Assembly: GCF_001677475.2 (NCBI RefSeq)
Contig: NZ_CP015229.1
Source: Escherichia coli
GTDB lineage: Bacteria > Pseudomonadota > Gammaproteobacteria > Enterobacterales > Enterobacteriaceae
Strand: one strand, 5' to 3'
DNA length: 64,000 nt
The translations under genes and the position numbers were made by a program. Within the stretch, counting starts at the first letter, position 1. Each line of letters begins with the position of its first letter. Below, one piece after another: positions 62,056 to 64,000 of the stretch. A model generated the notes under the pieces. That model had not been told where the DNA came from. It ran no database searches and worked only from the letters and a program-made list of their open reading frames with translations.

Positions 62056-63485
62056 TCCTCCTCATACGAAATATTAAAGGTGGAGTTTTCTGTATCCAGA
62101 TAAACGAAATCGTAAAAGCCGTTGGACTCATTCCACTCGACAAATTCCAGATAAAAGTCGCGGAAATAACCCAGCGTTTCGATAAATGCCCAAACGTCTT
62201 TTTTCTTAATCAGGATGTACTTGCCGACACGGTTCGGATCAAAGAAAGTTGAGTCACGCCCAAATTTTGTTTCCAGTGCCGACTTCAGCTCATCGGTCAC
62301 GTTCTCAATGGTCAGGCTTGCCGATATCCGCCCGGTGATGGTGATCTTAAAGGGTAGTTTTCTGACCTCTTTATACGAGAATTTCTTGTTCAACTCATTC
62401 GGCACCTTCTTAAAGGCAGCCAGGATCATTTCTTCAAGCTCTGACTGGCTTTTGTTTGGATGCCATCCTGAAATAAATATCCTATTGATATTCCGAATAT
62501 TATAAGCACCATCTAATTTCTCTTGCTGGCCTTCGCCCCATGCCTTTACCCAGGACAGTCCCGGGATGTTACGCACCAGAAAATACGTATAGTCCCCGCC
62601 CCATACGACCTGATCATCATAGGCAAGGTAATATTGTGCACGGTTACGTGTGATCTCCGTTGTTTCAGCATCGGTACCTGCGGTTATAGGTGTCGTTGTC
62701 TTAACTGAAATCAAATTAGCTAAATTAGCCGCAGAATCGACAGGCGTCAGGTTTTGGCCAGCAACCAGGGTTATATCGCCGTTGGTGCACCATACCTTAA
62801 GCGTAATTGTCGAGCCTTCTGGCGGTATTTGCCCAATTAGCCCATCGCCGAATCGAACCCCCAACTGCTCGGATGGTTTATAAAACTCAACGTAGACCTG
62901 GCTTTTACTACCGGCTAACCGGAACATAGTGCTGGAAGACCACTGCGTGGTCTTACCATCGGTCGTCACGAATACTTCCAGCTTATAGCAGACAGCAGTG
63001 AGAGCCTTTGATAACACGACTTCCAGAAATTCTTTGGCTGCCGTAACGGTATATGTCACCTCCTGGATTTCCAACTGTGCCACTTCTACCGTACCGGTGC
63101 CGTCAACCAATCTGCATACATCCATAGTCATGTAAGGGTACTGGTCGTCAGATATTAAAGGCATGTTTTTGGGGATTACCGCTGGAGCATCTTCACTTGT
63201 GGCTGTGATCTCAATCATCCCCGATGACGGTGTTGGCTTGGTACCAACATAACTGTTCGTTTCTGCCGCAGCCAGGATAGAGGAACGCCGCGTCGCAGTC
63301 GATATAAAGCCTTCAGCCAGCGCAGCATCGGCATATTGAAAACACCTGTATACAATCTGGGTAATAAACAATGTCAGCATCGAGACAAATTGAGAGCCGA
63401 CAAACTTCGACCAGAATGAATCTTTCTCGACAAGCTCTTCAAACTCTGCACGAATACTGTCTTTAGTCGGTGTTGTTTTACTCAT
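62052..63485 (-). CDS. baseplate protein (BplA-like)
   Basis: 477-aa track ORF in the structural operon. Confidence 0.5.
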   Translation of the reverse strand: MSKTTPTKDSIRAEFEELVEKDSFWSKFVGSQFVSMLTLFITQIVYRCFQYADAALAEGFISTATRRSSILAAAETNSYVGTKPTPSSGMIEITATSEDAPAVIPKNMPLISDDQYPYMTMDVCRLVDGTGTVEVAQLEIQEVTYTVTAAKEFLEVVLSKALTAVCYKLEVFVTTDGKTTQWSSSTMFRLAGSKSQVYVEFYKPSEQLGVRFGDGLIGQIPPEGSTITLKVWCTNGDITLVAGQNLTPVDSAANLANLISVKTTTPITAGTDAETTEITRNRAQYYLAYDDQVVWGGDYTYFLVRNIPGLSWVKAWGEGQQEKLDGAYNIRNINRIFISGWHPNKSQSELEEMILAAFKKVPNELNKKFSYKEVRKLPFKITITGRISASLTIENVTDELKSALETKFGRDSTFFDPNRVGKYILIKKKDVWAFIETLGYFRDFYLEFVEWNESNGFYDFVYLDTENSTFNISYEEE

Positions 63486-63838
63486 AGCACCACGTCCTGT
63501 GTGATAGTTATATCCCTGATACGAATGGATATTTTCAACTTATCAAAAGCATCTCCCTCGGCTACTGACAAGCCAGAAATCGGTATGTCGGGTAAATCTA
63601 CCGTCAGTTTTTGCAAAAGCATTGCCTCAACCGCAATTTGAACATACGACAAGTTGGTCGGTTCGTGTTTAAACTGCGGTAAAACATTGCCCCATGACGG
63701 ATCTCCGTATACCTCACCCTGATAAGTGTTTAGCCACTCATATAAACGAGCGCCCCAGGCCTCCTCCTGGGACTCATACGTTTTTACGCCGGATAACTCC
63801 AGCGTCAGTAAAGGATCAATTTCGTTATTGTTGGCCAT
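63482..63838 (-). CDS. small structural-module protein
   Basis: track ORF 63482-63841 trimmed to ATG 63838. Confidence 0.5.
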   Translation of the reverse strand: MANNNEIDPLLTLELSGVKTYESQEEAWGARLYEWLNTYQGEVYGDPSWGNVLPQFKHEPTNLSYVQIAVEAMLLQKLTVDLPDIPISGLSVAEGDAFDKLKISIRIRDITITQDVVL

Positions 63839-64000
63839 CAATCAACTCTCGCGTAGTCATTCATCAACGGATCATCAATTGACAGTGGCACCGTGCGCAT
63901 AACGCCCGGTTGAGGCGTGCTGACCTTTACGACAGTTCCCTGGCCTTTCGCCGAGTCTTTGGTGTGCTCTTCAATCCTGGCAAGCAATGAGGTCATCTGC
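63838..64000 (-). CDS. 3' end of an upstream structural gene (partial, runs off the window end)
   Basis: open minus-strand frame from the window edge ending ...PLSIDDPLMNDYARVD-stop, overlapping the next start. Confidence 0.4.
   Translation of the reverse strand, partial: QMTSLLARIEEHTKDSAKGQGTVVKVSTPQPGVMRTVPLSIDDPLMNDYARVD

Overview
This 64-kb window is a large contiguous piece of a P1-like (Punavirus-type) temperate phage / phage-plasmid genome from an enterobacterial host. The backbone is recognisable directly from the sequence: a perfect 34-bp loxP site (21896-21929) followed by cre, the C1 repressor with coi, at least eleven 17-bp C1 operators (ATTGCTCTAATAAATTT-like), an immI-like operator/icd/ant module, phd-doc, a UmuD-like humD, pacA-pacB with the hexamer-rich pac site inside pacA, ref, the 2255-aa DarB methyltransferase-helicase, portal/protease, SAR endolysin, ssb, a darA-type operon, Cin invertase with an invertible tail-fibre C segment, and baseplate genes. 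Superimposed on this are two near-identical IS21-family elements (istA-istB) in the same orientation: copy 1 (2266-4728) splits a VRR-NUC nuclease gene and itself carries a 53-bp tandem duplication that frameshifts istA; copy 2 (45725-48134) splits the ddrB-like gene of the darA operon. Each has its own 6-bp target-site duplication. Between mat and darB, where P1 (from memory) carries res/mod, there is an AT-rich cargo island encoding a 1084-aa autotransporter and a small LuxR-type regulator. Other points worth a second look are two small ORFs between loxP and cre, an ssb whose conserved acidic C-terminal tip is replaced by a basic extension, a second terminase-large-subunit-like ATPase paralog, a tandem pair of paralogous Rossmann-like genes next to a lambda-type Ser/Thr phosphatase, and a structured ~450-bp non-coding region with direct repeats upstream of humD. 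No rRNA, tRNA or CRISPR array was found. Gene names are assigned from sequence recall and gene order only, with no database search, and coordinates of small sites may be off by 1-2 nt.
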